The notes below the pieces were generated by a model. That model saw only the letters and a list, made by a program, of their open reading frames with translations, was not told where the DNA came from and made no database searches. The position numbers and the translations under genes were made by a program. Below are positions 18,534 to 28,253 of a stretch of 61,889 bases of DNA, piece after piece. How positions within the stretch are numbered: the first letter of the stretch is position 1; every line of letters begins with the position of its first letter. The stretch is from Candidatus Saccharimonadales bacterium (GTDB lineage: Bacteria > Patescibacteriota > Saccharimonadia > Saccharimonadales > UBA10212): assembly GCA_038245195.1 (NCBI GenBank), contig JBBRSU010000004.1:1-61889 (forward strand), given 5' to 3'.

Positions 18534-19334
18534 ATGCGACGATCACAAAACAAAAAAATTAGTTCAAGTCTTGTAGTCATGTTGACCCTGGGACTGATTG
18601 TTTTTTTTGCATGGCCTTCACATGCCAAAGCCCCTGCCATACGAGGCTCCAATAATCCTACTAATAAACCATCAGCTACTGTAAAACCGGTATTCGATAA
18701 ACTGCAATACACATTAGATTCGGCTTCCAGCCTGTGGGTAGTAGTAAATAAAGGCCGCCAATTACCCAGCAACTATGTACCGACTGACTTAATTACACCA
18801 AATATTCCGCTAAGACTTTCGGCTGCGGCTTCGGAGATGCATTTGCGCAGTGACGCCGCCGATGCCCTACAGCTAATGTTTAGTAGTGCCGCCAACCAAA
18901 ACATTCAACTAAGGTTAGAGAGTGGTTATCGCTCGTACACTGATCAGGTAAGTGTCTATGGGGGCTATGTCGCTAGCTCTGGGGTTACCCAGGCCGATAC
19001 CTTCAGTGCTCGTCCGGGACATAGCGAACATCAGACCGGTTTGGCAGCTGATATCGAACCACTGAGCCGAAATTGTGAAGTCGAGCAATGCTTTGGCGAG
19101 ACCCCAGAAGGCCAGTGGCTTTCTCAGAACTCCTATAAGTTCGGATTTATTATTCGCTATCAGAAAGACACCCAAGCACTAACAGGTTATGAATATGAAC
19201 CATGGCATATTCGGTTTGTTGGCCAAACGTTGGCCTCACAAATATATCAATCTAATCAAACTCTCGAACAGTTTTTCGGGCTACCAACCTATGCAGGCTA
19301 TCCGTCAAGTAGTTTCCAACTAAAAAATGAATAG
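18534..19334 (+). CDS. VanY-type D-alanyl-D-alanine carboxypeptidase (peptidase M15B)
   Basis: Signal/TM segment, SGYRSY, the zinc-ligand motif HSEHQTGLAADI, and EPWHIRFVG. The ORF opens at 18486, but the ATG at 18534 avoids overlap with the upstream gene. Confidence 0.85.
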   Translation: MRRSQNKKISSSLVVMLTLGLIVFFAWPSHAKAPAIRGSNNPTNKPSATVKPVFDKLQYTLDSASSLWVVVNKGRQLPSNYVPTDLITPNIPLRLSAAASEMHLRSDAADALQLMFSSAANQNIQLRLESGYRSYTDQVSVYGGYVASSGVTQADTFSARPGHSEHQTGLAADIEPLSRNCEVEQCFGETPEGQWLSQNSYKFGFIIRYQKDTQALTGYEYEPWHIRFVGQTLASQIYQSNQTLEQFFGLPTYAGYPSSSFQLKNE

Positions 19335-19343
19335 TTTAACATT

Positions 19344-20372
19344 GTGAAAATAAGATTATTAGTACCTTGCCTGATGGTCGTTATTGGTTTGGCGACTAGT
19401 TTTGGCGTGATATCAATTAACGGCCACAAAACACAGGTTGGCCAGCTAGTAACAGACGAAACTTACAACGGCGAAAATCTTAGCCATAGTTTAGATTTGC
19501 GTCTAGCAGCCAAAGCGACTTACCCTAGCACTGCTCTTAAGCTGGTCAAGGATCTCGGTAATAGTGATGGCCTCAGCCGCCAAGTCGTAAGCTTTGCTGT
19601 TAAAACTGATAATCTCAATGAGTATGCTTTATTAATTAGACCTTTGACACCGGCGCCAGCTTCCGGATTTCCAGTTATTATTTTGTGCCATGGGTACGTT
19701 AATCCGAGCGAGTACCATACAAATGATGGTTACATATCGGACATGCAGTTCTATGGTAAGCATGGTTTCGCGGTTATAAAACCAGACTTTCGCGGCCAAG
19801 GCCTATCAGCTTCGCAAGGTATCCCCGAAGGTGCCTACTACTCTATGGCTTATAACACCGATGTTATGAGCTTGATTTCTTCTTTAAAACTAACATCTAA
19901 TATCGACAAATCCAGAATTAATCTATGGGGGCATAGCATGGGGGCATATGTTGCGTTACGGACGGCTGTGGTTTCGCCAGACGTAAAAAATCTCATCTTA
20001 TTAAGTGGCCCGGTAGGCTCATTGAAACAGATTTACTTATCCTATGTCCCACCATCTGACGAAAACAATGAACCGGCACTCAGGATTAGAAATGATATTT
20101 TTTCAAAATTCGGAACTCCTGGTGAAGGTTCTAAATTTTGGGCGAATGCTTCACCCGCTAGCTACTTGAGCAAAACAAAAACTCATATCCAAATCCACGT
20201 TGGTTCCCTAGACCAAATTGTTCCAACTCAGCTTTCGGCCGATTTGGACAACATGCTAACATCGGATAAAATAACCCACCAGTATTTCGTCTATCCTGAT
20301 GGGAAACATAGTCTTCAGGCCCAACGCAGTACTATCTGGAGTCGTTCTTTGGAATTTCTTCAAAAACCTTAG
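19344..20372 (+). CDS. Secreted alpha/beta hydrolase (S9 / dienelactone-hydrolase-like)
   Basis: N-terminal hydrophobic segment and the nucleophile elbow GHSMGA. A C-terminal D...H pattern is also present. GTG start. Confidence 0.7.
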   Translation: MKIRLLVPCLMVVIGLATSFGVISINGHKTQVGQLVTDETYNGENLSHSLDLRLAAKATYPSTALKLVKDLGNSDGLSRQVVSFAVKTDNLNEYALLIRPLTPAPASGFPVIILCHGYVNPSEYHTNDGYISDMQFYGKHGFAVIKPDFRGQGLSASQGIPEGAYYSMAYNTDVMSLISSLKLTSNIDKSRINLWGHSMGAYVALRTAVVSPDVKNLILLSGPVGSLKQIYLSYVPPSDENNEPALRIRNDIFSKFGTPGEGSKFWANASPASYLSKTKTHIQIHVGSLDQIVPTQLSADLDNMLTSDKITHQYFVYPDGKHSLQAQRSTIWSRSLEFLQKP

Positions 20373-20373
20373 T

Positions 20374-21573
20374 TTATTTAGAAACGAAAAACGCTCGACT
20401 TTTTCTAAACAAATAGCCATATAGATTAGCCGTGTTTAGGTTTGGCTTGGCGTCTCTGGCGGCTCTGTATAGATAAGTCCCGCCGATAAGTATCATTAAA
20501 GCTAGACTAACAATCAGAAAATTCTGAACGGGATTAGTCTTAGCGGGTATAAAGTATTTAAATACAAAAACTATGACCGAGTGAAAGACGTAAACAAATA
20601 GACTATTTTGTCCGATTAATAGTAGAACCCCTCTGGTTTTCCGATTAATGGCTTGTTCGCGTTTAACCACCCACATGAAGATTACACTGGCCCACAAGTA
20701 GAATAAAACCACTCTCAACGGGCCCATTGTCCATTTTTGAGAATATATCCAGATATGGTCTGTAAAGCGGTTCCAGGATAGCGTAAACTGCTGCAACCAA
20801 CGGGGTAAGGAGTTCAGATACTGGTTGAACTCTGACAACAGATATACCGTGGCGTAGCTTAAGATAAAACTAACTCCAGTCAAGCCCAATAGGGCCTGTT
20901 TTATCAATCGTCGACGTCTTTGATTAAGCTTGAGCCAGTAGTTATTTAGTTCGCTCCAATAGTAGCCGATAAGCATACCGCCGTTAAAGATAATTTGCCA
21001 ACCGAGCGTAAAATTCTGATGTCTTAGCACCCAAGCCAAAAGGCTGCCTACTAAAACTAATTTCCATTTCCCCTTTGATATTAAATAGAAAACAAATGGA
21101 GCTATGAGCATTAGTATGGCAAACCGACTCAAAAAGTCAGCCCAGCCGTACTCAAATCTTAACAACAGTGTCTGAATGATGATATGTGGCCAATCTAGCG
21201 GATTGGGCAGACCATCTTTGATAGCGAAATGATTAGTTTTTGCGATGATAAAAGCGTACAAAAGCGTAAAGAAAACCGAAGCAATATATAGCTCAGCCGC
21301 TCGCGACCACATTTTTTTGAAAATAAATTTTGTGCCTTGTGACAATTTTCGTCTATAAACCATACCCACCAATAGACCAGATAAAAAGAAAAAACCTTCA
21401 GCTGCTGATACAAACAGTCGGCCACGACCGGTAAAAAAATCATAAAAGTTTGGTGGCAGTTCGATATGCCCAATCAGTATAGTTAGCAGTAGATAGCCAC
21501 GAATTAAATCAAATGACAGTATTCGTTTAGTTTTTCCACTAACCACTATGTCTCTCTCTTGTGTGTCTGCCAT
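20374..21573 (-). CDS. OpgC / acyltransferase-3-like polytopic membrane protein
   Basis: 399 aa, about 10 TM helices. N-terminal FDLIRGYLLLTILIGH is typical of the OpgC/acyltransferase_3 family. Confidence 0.6.
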   Translation of the reverse strand: MADTQERDIVVSGKTKRILSFDLIRGYLLLTILIGHIELPPNFYDFFTGRGRLFVSAAEGFFFLSGLLVGMVYRRKLSQGTKFIFKKMWSRAAELYIASVFFTLLYAFIIAKTNHFAIKDGLPNPLDWPHIIIQTLLLRFEYGWADFLSRFAILMLIAPFVFYLISKGKWKLVLVGSLLAWVLRHQNFTLGWQIIFNGGMLIGYYWSELNNYWLKLNQRRRRLIKQALLGLTGVSFILSYATVYLLSEFNQYLNSLPRWLQQFTLSWNRFTDHIWIYSQKWTMGPLRVVLFYLWASVIFMWVVKREQAINRKTRGVLLLIGQNSLFVYVFHSVIVFVFKYFIPAKTNPVQNFLIVSLALMILIGGTYLYRAARDAKPNLNTANLYGYLFRKSRAFFVSK

Positions 21574-21579
21574 AATGTC

Positions 21580-23028
21580 TTAGGTTGCCATCTGTTTTAG
21601 TTTAGCAATTTTGACTTTGCCGTTGTTGGTCCGGGGTAGGCTTGGTAAATAAATTATTTTATCAGCTCGCCAGGCAAAAACCAGGTTGTCCTTGCAGTAA
21701 TCAATAATTTGTTCCTCGGTGAGACGAGTAACCAAAAAATAGATTAACTTATCATTAGGGTCATCCAACTGTTGCTGACCTAGTACAAAGGCCTCTGATA
21801 TAGCTGGATTTTGGGTTAACGCCCATTCAACATCTCTGGGTGATACGCTATAGCCGAATCGTCGGATTCGCTCAGCACTACGGCCCTTTAAATACACATA
21901 TCCGTTTTTTAGCTCAGCTATATCGCCAGTTTTCCAGTAACCATCAGCAGTTGTGGCTGCTCTGGTGGCCGAAGTGTTGTGAAAATAGCCTGGGAACAAG
22001 CCAGGCGACCTTACTTCAACCTCCTGGGCCGAACTGAGCCGAAACCTAACCCCAGGCATTACTTTGCCTGGCGAGCCTGGTTGGATGGCTGTGAGCAGGT
22101 TTCCAGCAATTCGACCGGTCTCACTGGAGCCATAAGTTTCCACAATCTCAACTCCGAATTGCTTTTTAAAATCACTCCATACATTTTTTGCAAGAGGAGC
22201 ACCACCGGAAATACAAACACGAACTGACGATAAATCGTAATCCTGGGGATTATTCAAAGCTAGCATTTTGCTATAAGCGAGCGGGACATGTGTAAAAAGC
22301 GTTACTTTACCACTAGATAGCATCTCTAAGGTTTCTTTGGAATTAAAGGCTTGTTGTTGGAGATATAGGGTGTTTGCGTGATATAGGGCCCCACTTAGAC
22401 CCATTACTAAACCGTACCAATGGCTGAGCGGCAATGAAATTAATAATGAATCCGTAGTCGTCCATTCCCAGATTTGCGAACAAACCTTAATGTTCCACAG
22501 ATGGTTTGAGTGAGTGTTTGGTACAGCTTTTGGTTTGCCAGAAGTGCCCGATGTGAAGGTTAAGCTAGCTATTTGTTTATCGGCTGGTAAACGGAGCGGA
22601 CTAATATCCGAACCTTTAGCCTTAAGTAGCTTATCTACCAGAATGACCTCAAGACCGGCTTGGTCTATCCGTTCAATGTATCTTGTGCTAGTTACTATCA
22701 AAGCCGGCGGAATTTGTTTGATTATCGCATCGAGCTCTAGTTTTTTATAAGCCGGATCAAGTGGCAGTGCAATATGACCAGCGTGAACAACGGCTAGATA
22801 AACCACCACGAAGTCGATTGAATTTGTAAGCAGTAAGTCTACGACCTTTTGATTTTTAGTACCTAGCTCTGTAATTAAAAAACTGCTCATTATCTCAACT
22901 TTTTGCCACAGCTCTTGCCAGCTGGTGGTCTGTCCCTCGAAGACGATAGCTGGTTTATTGGGATAAAGCCTAGCATTTTGTCTCAAGCAATCGCTTAGGT
23001 AGGCTGGATTAGAAGATATATTGCCCAT
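21580..23028 (-). CDS. Class I adenylate-forming enzyme (acyl-CoA synthetase / AMP-dependent ligase family)
   Basis: AMP-binding signature TFTSGTSGKPKAV, plus YGSSETG, WKTGDIA and the C-terminal NGKVK lysine. Confidence 0.85.
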   Translation of the reverse strand: MGNISSNPAYLSDCLRQNARLYPNKPAIVFEGQTTSWQELWQKVEIMSSFLITELGTKNQKVVDLLLTNSIDFVVVYLAVVHAGHIALPLDPAYKKLELDAIIKQIPPALIVTSTRYIERIDQAGLEVILVDKLLKAKGSDISPLRLPADKQIASLTFTSGTSGKPKAVPNTHSNHLWNIKVCSQIWEWTTTDSLLISLPLSHWYGLVMGLSGALYHANTLYLQQQAFNSKETLEMLSSGKVTLFTHVPLAYSKMLALNNPQDYDLSSVRVCISGGAPLAKNVWSDFKKQFGVEIVETYGSSETGRIAGNLLTAIQPGSPGKVMPGVRFRLSSAQEVEVRSPGLFPGYFHNTSATRAATTADGYWKTGDIAELKNGYVYLKGRSAERIRRFGYSVSPRDVEWALTQNPAISEAFVLGQQQLDDPNDKLIYFLVTRLTEEQIIDYCKDNLVFAWRADKIIYLPSLPRTNNGKVKIAKLKQMAT

Positions 23029-23065
23029 AGTTTAACCAACCTCTTATTATACAGACTAAACTGAG

Positions 23066-23965
23066 TTATTGGTTTGGGTTTATATCGTGCCCGCCAAACT
23101 TGTTTCGCATGGCTGCTAGCAACTTTGTAGAAAAATTAATCTCCCCGGCTTGGCTTTTAAGGCGAATATCGAAAGCTGTTTGAATTACTGGCAGGGGAAT
23201 TCCCATTTTCTTGGCGGTCTCTAGGGTCCAACGGGCCTCGCCACTCTCTGCCACAACCCCGTCTATTCCTTCTAAGTTTGGGTTCTCGCGGAGGGCGTCC
23301 ACACTCAGTTCATTTAATTTAGATTCAATAATACTGCCATGTTGCCAAACTTCTCCGGCCGTGGCTAAATCGAGAGCTTTGTACGGTCCCTCCTTGATCA
23401 TTCGATAGCCCTCAGCATAAGCTTCCATCATGCCGTATTCGATAGCGTTGTGGACCATCTTTACGTAATGTCCACTACCAGCCCCCTGAAAGTGACGCCA
23501 ACCATAAGGGGCGGCTAAAGCGTCTAAGATTGGCTTTATAGTCCCCACGGGCTCTTCCTCGCCACCGACCATCATACAATAACCATTAGCTCGACCTAAA
23601 ATGCCACCACTCGTTCCTACATCGATAAAATGAATCCCTTTAGCCTTAGCAGTTTGGGCTCTTTTCTGAGAGTATCGAAAATTAGAATTTCCGCCATCTA
23701 TAATTATCGATCCGCTGGGGACTATACTAAGCAGCTCACTGAATTTCTGCTCAATAACTTCTGCCGGTAACATCAACCAAACAATAATCGGATCAAGCCT
23801 AGAAATTAGTTCGTGAATATCGTTGGCAGCTACTGCACCCTGTTTCACGGCCGCCTCAACTGGTTCTGGGCTACGATTCATAACCACCACTTCCTGCCCG
23901 TTCTCTAGTAGCCGGGCCACCATATTGCCACCCATCCGACCAAGTCCATAAAATCCGATTTTCAT
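23066..23965 (-). CDS. gnd: 6-phosphogluconate dehydrogenase (short, about 300-aa, decarboxylating form)
   Basis: MKIGFYGLGRMGGNM Rossmann motif. GGNSNF, and HYVKMVHNAIEYG. Confidence 0.88.
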   Translation of the reverse strand: MKIGFYGLGRMGGNMVARLLENGQEVVVMNRSPEPVEAAVKQGAVAANDIHELISRLDPIIVWLMLPAEVIEQKFSELLSIVPSGSIIIDGGNSNFRYSQKRAQTAKAKGIHFIDVGTSGGILGRANGYCMMVGGEEEPVGTIKPILDALAAPYGWRHFQGAGSGHYVKMVHNAIEYGMMEAYAEGYRMIKEGPYKALDLATAGEVWQHGSIIESKLNELSVDALRENPNLEGIDGVVAESGEARWTLETAKKMGIPLPVIQTAFDIRLKSQAGEINFSTKLLAAMRNKFGGHDINPNQ

Positions 23966-24675
23966 AATGCTACTCCTTCTAAATCATTATAGACTGACCA
24001 GCTGGCTATTTGTTTAATAATTTGAACTGGCAGCTGGTTTATCGGCTCAGTTTTATGGACTAATTTATCCAGGGCTGACTGCTTTTGTTTACCTTTCGCG
24101 AACAGTATAACCTCGTCTAGCTGTCTTAGGCCTTTGGCCGACAGAGTTATTCTTAAAAAATCCGGGGCTTGATAGTAAACTACGTTTTTCTTATTATCAA
24201 CTGCCGGGCTGTTTGGTAAGATGCCGGCGGTGTGCCCATCAGCTCCCATACCAAGCAAGGCTAGTTTATAGCTGGCAGTATTTAAGAATTTATTGAAAAA
24301 ATCTTCATAGTCGGTTGTCGTCTGCTGAATATTCTGACCAGTAAGAATCGGTTGTGACCGAATTCCCGCAAGCTTTGCACCAGAATCAATCAACTGGCTC
24401 CAATTAGATCCCGGGTGGCCAACTTCGCCGTATCTCTCGTCAACTAGGCTAAGGGTCAATAACGATAAGTCATGGCAGGCCAAGCGAGACAGTGCGTGCA
24501 AGGCAATATCAATTGTTGACCCTCCAGAAATTAGCCACAAAACACTAATTTTTTTCCGCAAATTAGAGATAATTTTGTCTGCCAAAATATCGCCTACGGA
24601 TATCTCTGAGCTAGTTTTATAAAAATGTATACTATCCGACATCATGTACCACGGTAAAGTTATTATACCAACCAC
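23962..24675 (-). CDS. pgl: 6-phosphogluconolactonase
   Basis: ISGGST, VDERY and LLGMGADGHTAGILP motifs. 4-nt overlap with gnd. The exact start is uncertain because there are several in-frame Met codons. Confidence 0.85.
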   Translation of the reverse strand: MVGIITLPWYMMSDSIHFYKTSSEISVGDILADKIISNLRKKISVLWLISGGSTIDIALHALSRLACHDLSLLTLSLVDERYGEVGHPGSNWSQLIDSGAKLAGIRSQPILTGQNIQQTTTDYEDFFNKFLNTASYKLALLGMGADGHTAGILPNSPAVDNKKNVVYYQAPDFLRITLSAKGLRQLDEVILFAKGKQKQSALDKLVHKTEPINQLPVQIIKQIASWSVYNDLEGVAL

Positions 24676-24786
24676 TGAAGCTTCTTGAAGTTGTACGATA
24701 TCTTACCTAACTCACCTATAAAATCTTACAGCGTACTATTCCAGCCACCTGTAGAGTATTAGGCATAACAACTTAAAGGGGGAGTT

Positions 24787-24969
24787 ATGAAAAAATATAA
24801 TGAATTCGATGATAGCACAGTAAATAAGTACTTTATTTTGACTAGACCTACTAAGCTCTCTGATATGTCTTTTGAAGACATTGATTTAGAAACTGAACCT
24901 GGTTGGAGACAGAAGTCTAAACAGCTTCAAGCTCGACGCTGGCGCAAAATTCGTCATCAACTGGTGTAG
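24787..24969 (+). CDS. Small hypothetical protein (60 aa) with a basic C-terminal tail
   Basis: Strong Shine-Dalgarno AAAGGGGGAG 4 nt upstream of the ATG. Acidic N-terminal half, then RRWRKIRHQL at the C-terminus. No recognisable family. Confidence 0.5.
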   Translation: MKKYNEFDDSTVNKYFILTRPTKLSDMSFEDIDLETEPGWRQKSKQLQARRWRKIRHQLV

Positions 24970-25138
24970 TGATCTATTGTTATCGAACTCTATAGATTCG
25001 TATAGCTATAATCAGTTGGTAATTGATTAAAAACAGACCAGAGTTATATTGGTGATAAAATTGCGAGCCCTAACCCACACTGGAGAATGATTTATTACCC
25101 AGTTAGTGAAGAGACCTGGATTAAGAGTGCTCGCTATT

Positions 25139-26131
25139 TTATTTGTTAGCTCGGCAAACATAGAAATTTTGAAAAACATAATCAATAAAGTACCCATCAT
25201 TTTTACTTGCCTGCGACTCAAATTCTGTCGGGCGAATGACTTCATCAAGATAATCGGAAAGTATTTTACCGTTTATTAGTTTACCGCTTTTACGTTCTTT
25301 CAAAAGTGGCCGAAGGCTCATCAAAGCTTCTCTATAATCAAACCAACCATCATCATTGGCTGGTATCCAAAGATGGTCAGCTTGTGAAACTTTTTCGAGT
25401 ATCTCAAACTCCGATGATTTATCCAGGTAGTCTTCCATATCGTCAACGCTATGAGCTGAGTAGAATGACTCTGGTTCGGTCGTATTAAAATTTTGTGCGA
25501 TATTTTTGCCAAGAGTCCAAAGATGGAGTTGGTTTTTTAAGCCGCGGCTTGAAAAAATGGCCAATCCATCGGGCTTAAGGACACGATGAGCAGCCAAGTA
25601 TGCTTTCTCAGTATCTGGTACGTGATATAAAACAAAAAGTTCGCACAGGAAATCAAAACTATCATTGCTAATTTGAAGCGATGACTCTCCCTCGTCGGTC
25701 AAGTATTTAAATTGTTGTAAATTCTGTGCGTCGCTATGTCCAAATAGAAGAGGAGTATTTGGGTTATCTTGCGAAATATCCGAATGCAAAAATGGCTGAT
25801 GCCCGGTTTCTATATCAGATCCAGCGATGGCACCTTGATAACCTGATTCAAGCAATTTTCTAATAAAATACCCACTACTAGCACCGACGTCCAGACCAAT
25901 TAGTTCGGGTGAGTTTCCACAGTACTGGATGACTTTACCGGCAACTTCTTGCCATATATCGCGAACTTCGAGTTGTCTGATAGTTTCCTGGCGACTAAAA
26001 GCGATATCATCTGGGTATTTAGCGTATTTTAAATATAAATTCCGACGGGCATCGGCACCATATGGCCAACCACCGAGGTAGTTTTCTGCGGTTTCTTTCT
26101 TAATATTTCTGGCTAAATATTCCTCAGGCAT
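25139..26131 (-). CDS. Class I SAM-dependent methyltransferase (small-molecule/protein type)
   Basis: Motif I LDVGASSGYF. Acidic motif II AGSDIE. Post-I/III pattern FDFLCELFVLYHV...LKPDGL. No DNA-methyltransferase DPPY/PC motifs. Confidence 0.75.
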   Translation of the reverse strand: MPEEYLARNIKKETAENYLGGWPYGADARRNLYLKYAKYPDDIAFSRQETIRQLEVRDIWQEVAGKVIQYCGNSPELIGLDVGASSGYFIRKLLESGYQGAIAGSDIETGHQPFLHSDISQDNPNTPLLFGHSDAQNLQQFKYLTDEGESSLQISNDSFDFLCELFVLYHVPDTEKAYLAAHRVLKPDGLAIFSSRGLKNQLHLWTLGKNIAQNFNTTEPESFYSAHSVDDMEDYLDKSSEFEILEKVSQADHLWIPANDDGWFDYREALMSLRPLLKERKSGKLINGKILSDYLDEVIRPTEFESQASKNDGYFIDYVFQNFYVCRANK

Positions 26132-26215
26132 TTATGCAACTATAACATCTATTGCTAAGTAAGGAAACACCGCAACCCTTTATAATAGATGTAGAAAATG
26201 ATAATCTAAATCTAT

Positions 26216-26884
26216 ATGTATCGTTTACAAATTTCTTTAAAACTCAAGGACATGATGCTTGATGGCCGAAAGCTTAAGCTCGCGAAGAATCAAATCATTC
26301 AGTCAACCGATGATCGACGGGTCTTCAACTACATTAGAGAAGGTTATGTAAAAAGATACTTGATTAGAAATGATGGCTCTTTGGGTGTTCAAGTTATTTA
26401 CCGTCCGGGTGATGTTTTCCCAATAACTCTAGCCTTCAGTGTGCTTTTCGACCAATCAATCTCGGAAAGTCCCGAAACTTATTATTATGAAACAATGACT
26501 GAAGCAGAGATATACACCATCAATGAGATAACATTGAAGGAAAAAGTTGATGCCGACCCAACCCTGTATAAAGACCTGATGGGGGTTTCTGGAAAACGGC
26601 TACATTCTACATTACATGGTCTAGAGAATGTTACTTTAAAAACCTCATACTTCAGAGTTGCACACGAAATCCTGTATATGGCACAGCGGTTTGGTGAAAA
26701 AAAAGGCATAGGAGCGAGAGTTTTAATTCCACTCACCCACCAAGACTTAGCCGATATTCTTAGCCTGACTCGCGAGACTGTTTCGACGGCAATAGTACAA
26801 CTCAGAAAGAATAAACTTATAACTACCGAGAAATATATCTTTGTTCCAAATATGGAAAAACTCGAGCAAGAGGTTCATGATTAG
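26216..26884 (+). CDS. Crp/Fnr-family transcriptional regulator
   Basis: N-terminal beta-barrel (cNMP-like) region and a C-terminal HTH THQDLADILSLTRETVSTAIVQLRKNKLI. Confidence 0.8.
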   Translation: MYRLQISLKLKDMMLDGRKLKLAKNQIIQSTDDRRVFNYIREGYVKRYLIRNDGSLGVQVIYRPGDVFPITLAFSVLFDQSISESPETYYYETMTEAEIYTINEITLKEKVDADPTLYKDLMGVSGKRLHSTLHGLENVTLKTSYFRVAHEILYMAQRFGEKKGIGARVLIPLTHQDLADILSLTRETVSTAIVQLRKNKLITTEKYIFVPNMEKLEQEVHD

Positions 26885-27677
26885 ACCTAGTTTCGTTGGT
26901 TGCAACCCTATCAATTAATCTTGAAACAAAAGCAACTGCTTCTGGGGGCAACTCCACTGTTCCAGAGCTCTTTAAAGCCGTTTTTCCAATAATTGACGGC
27001 AGTACTGCTTCTATATGGGTTATATCTTCAATTATATGTCTCACGCCTAGGTCTCTTGCGGTTGTCTCGTCCAAATTACCGGTTTTTATAACGGCAATCG
27101 GTTCAACCCCGGCGTGGATTGCTGATAACATATCGGCTGATGAGTCGCCAACCATAACTGTCCTATTAGCAGAGACCTCATTGAATCCCATAAGAAATTG
27201 AACCGAGAAAGGTTCAGGCTTCGCAAGAGATTCATCTTCCAATATATCAGCTGTCAAAATCCCACCATCAAATAGTGAGGGGTCAATCCCAAGCCTTGGC
27301 ATAACACTATTCAATAAGGTTTTACGATCAGCGGCCGTATTAAGAGCCAATATGTAGTCGGTTGAAAGCCGACCTAGAGTCTCCACACAACCGGGTACCT
27401 CTTGGATCCCCTCCGTGAAAATAGTCGTAAGGTTTTGCTCGTATAGTTTTAAAGTAGTCGGCAGTAGTTCGGGCTGTTCTAATAAAAGCTCACCTATAAT
27501 TGCCTGGTGAGGCGACCCCCAGTTTAATCTTATCCTAGAGATAGCTTCATCGTAACTTAAACCTGCCCCACTATCTGCAAGAGCAGCCAAATATGATTCT
27601 TCATATAATTTTTGTGAGCCAACGTTAAATACACCATCAAAATCGAATATCAGAAGACCTTGTTTAGTTTCGGTCAT
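26823..27677 (-). CDS. HAD-superfamily hydrolase
   Basis: Motif I LLIFDFDGVF. Motif III/IV is VMVGDSSADM. The 3' end overlaps the convergent crp-like gene by 62 nt. Confidence 0.75.
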   Translation of the reverse strand: MTETKQGLLIFDFDGVFNVGSQKLYEESYLAALADSGAGLSYDEAISRIRLNWGSPHQAIIGELLLEQPELLPTTLKLYEQNLTTIFTEGIQEVPGCVETLGRLSTDYILALNTAADRKTLLNSVMPRLGIDPSLFDGGILTADILEDESLAKPEPFSVQFLMGFNEVSANRTVMVGDSSADMLSAIHAGVEPIAVIKTGNLDETTARDLGVRHIIEDITHIEAVLPSIIGKTALKSSGTVELPPEAVAFVSRLIDRVATNETRSNHEPLARVFPYLEQRYISR

Positions 27678-27832
27678 AGGCCCTGCTGTTTATTCGCGTA
27701 ATTTCCACGTGACTAAACATATCACTATCATTCGGCTCAGCACTGTATGATATCTAACCACTGCAGCTTAAGCATTCTCTGTATACTGGTACATGAATAA
27801 ATAATCAGAGTAACCAATTAATGGAGGTCATT

Positions 27833-28246
27833 ATGACAAGTGTAACAGTAGAACCGTACTTCTTTTTTAAGGGTAATTGCAAAGAAGCTATGGAATTTTA
27901 TAAATCAGTGTTTGGCGGCGAGTTAGAAATCCAAACTATGGGCGAAGCTCCGAAAGGTATGCAGGCTCCAGGCTCTAGCCCATCAGATATCATGCACGCC
28001 AGTCTTAAGGGTCCGGTAAATTTGATGGCTAGTGATAGCAATACGGCGAGTGATAAGGCCTCTAAAGTTGAAATATCTATCGGTGGAACCGAAGAAGCCG
28101 ATATGCGAAAAGTGTTCGATTCTCTCTCGGAAGGCGGAAAAGTAAGAATGCCACTTTCCAAACAGTTTTGGGGGGATATTTTTGGTATGACTACCGACAA
28201 ATACGGCATTGACTGGATGATGAATATTGGGACTAACTTAAGTTAA
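27833..28246 (+). CDS. VOC/glyoxalase-fold protein (PhnB-like)
   Basis: PYFFFKGNCKEAMEFYKSVFGG...QFWGDIFGMTTDKYGIDWM is typical of the PhnB family. The ATG at 27833 is preceded by GGAGG (27823-27827). Confidence 0.75.
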   Translation: MTSVTVEPYFFFKGNCKEAMEFYKSVFGGELEIQTMGEAPKGMQAPGSSPSDIMHASLKGPVNLMASDSNTASDKASKVEISIGGTEEADMRKVFDSLSEGGKVRMPLSKQFWGDIFGMTTDKYGIDWMMNIGTNLS

Positions 28247-28253
28247 TAAATAT

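Noticed and set aside
18482-18772. A 96-aa minus-strand ORF across the PAP2/VanY junction.
   Set aside because: It is antisense to the signal-peptide and N-terminal region of the well-supported VanY gene, and it matches no recognisable motif.
25027-25248. A 73-aa minus-strand ORF overlapping the 3' end of the methyltransferase gene.
   Set aside because: It overlaps the methyltransferase coding frame by 110 nt, has no SD, and its composition is not protein-like. It is most likely spurious.
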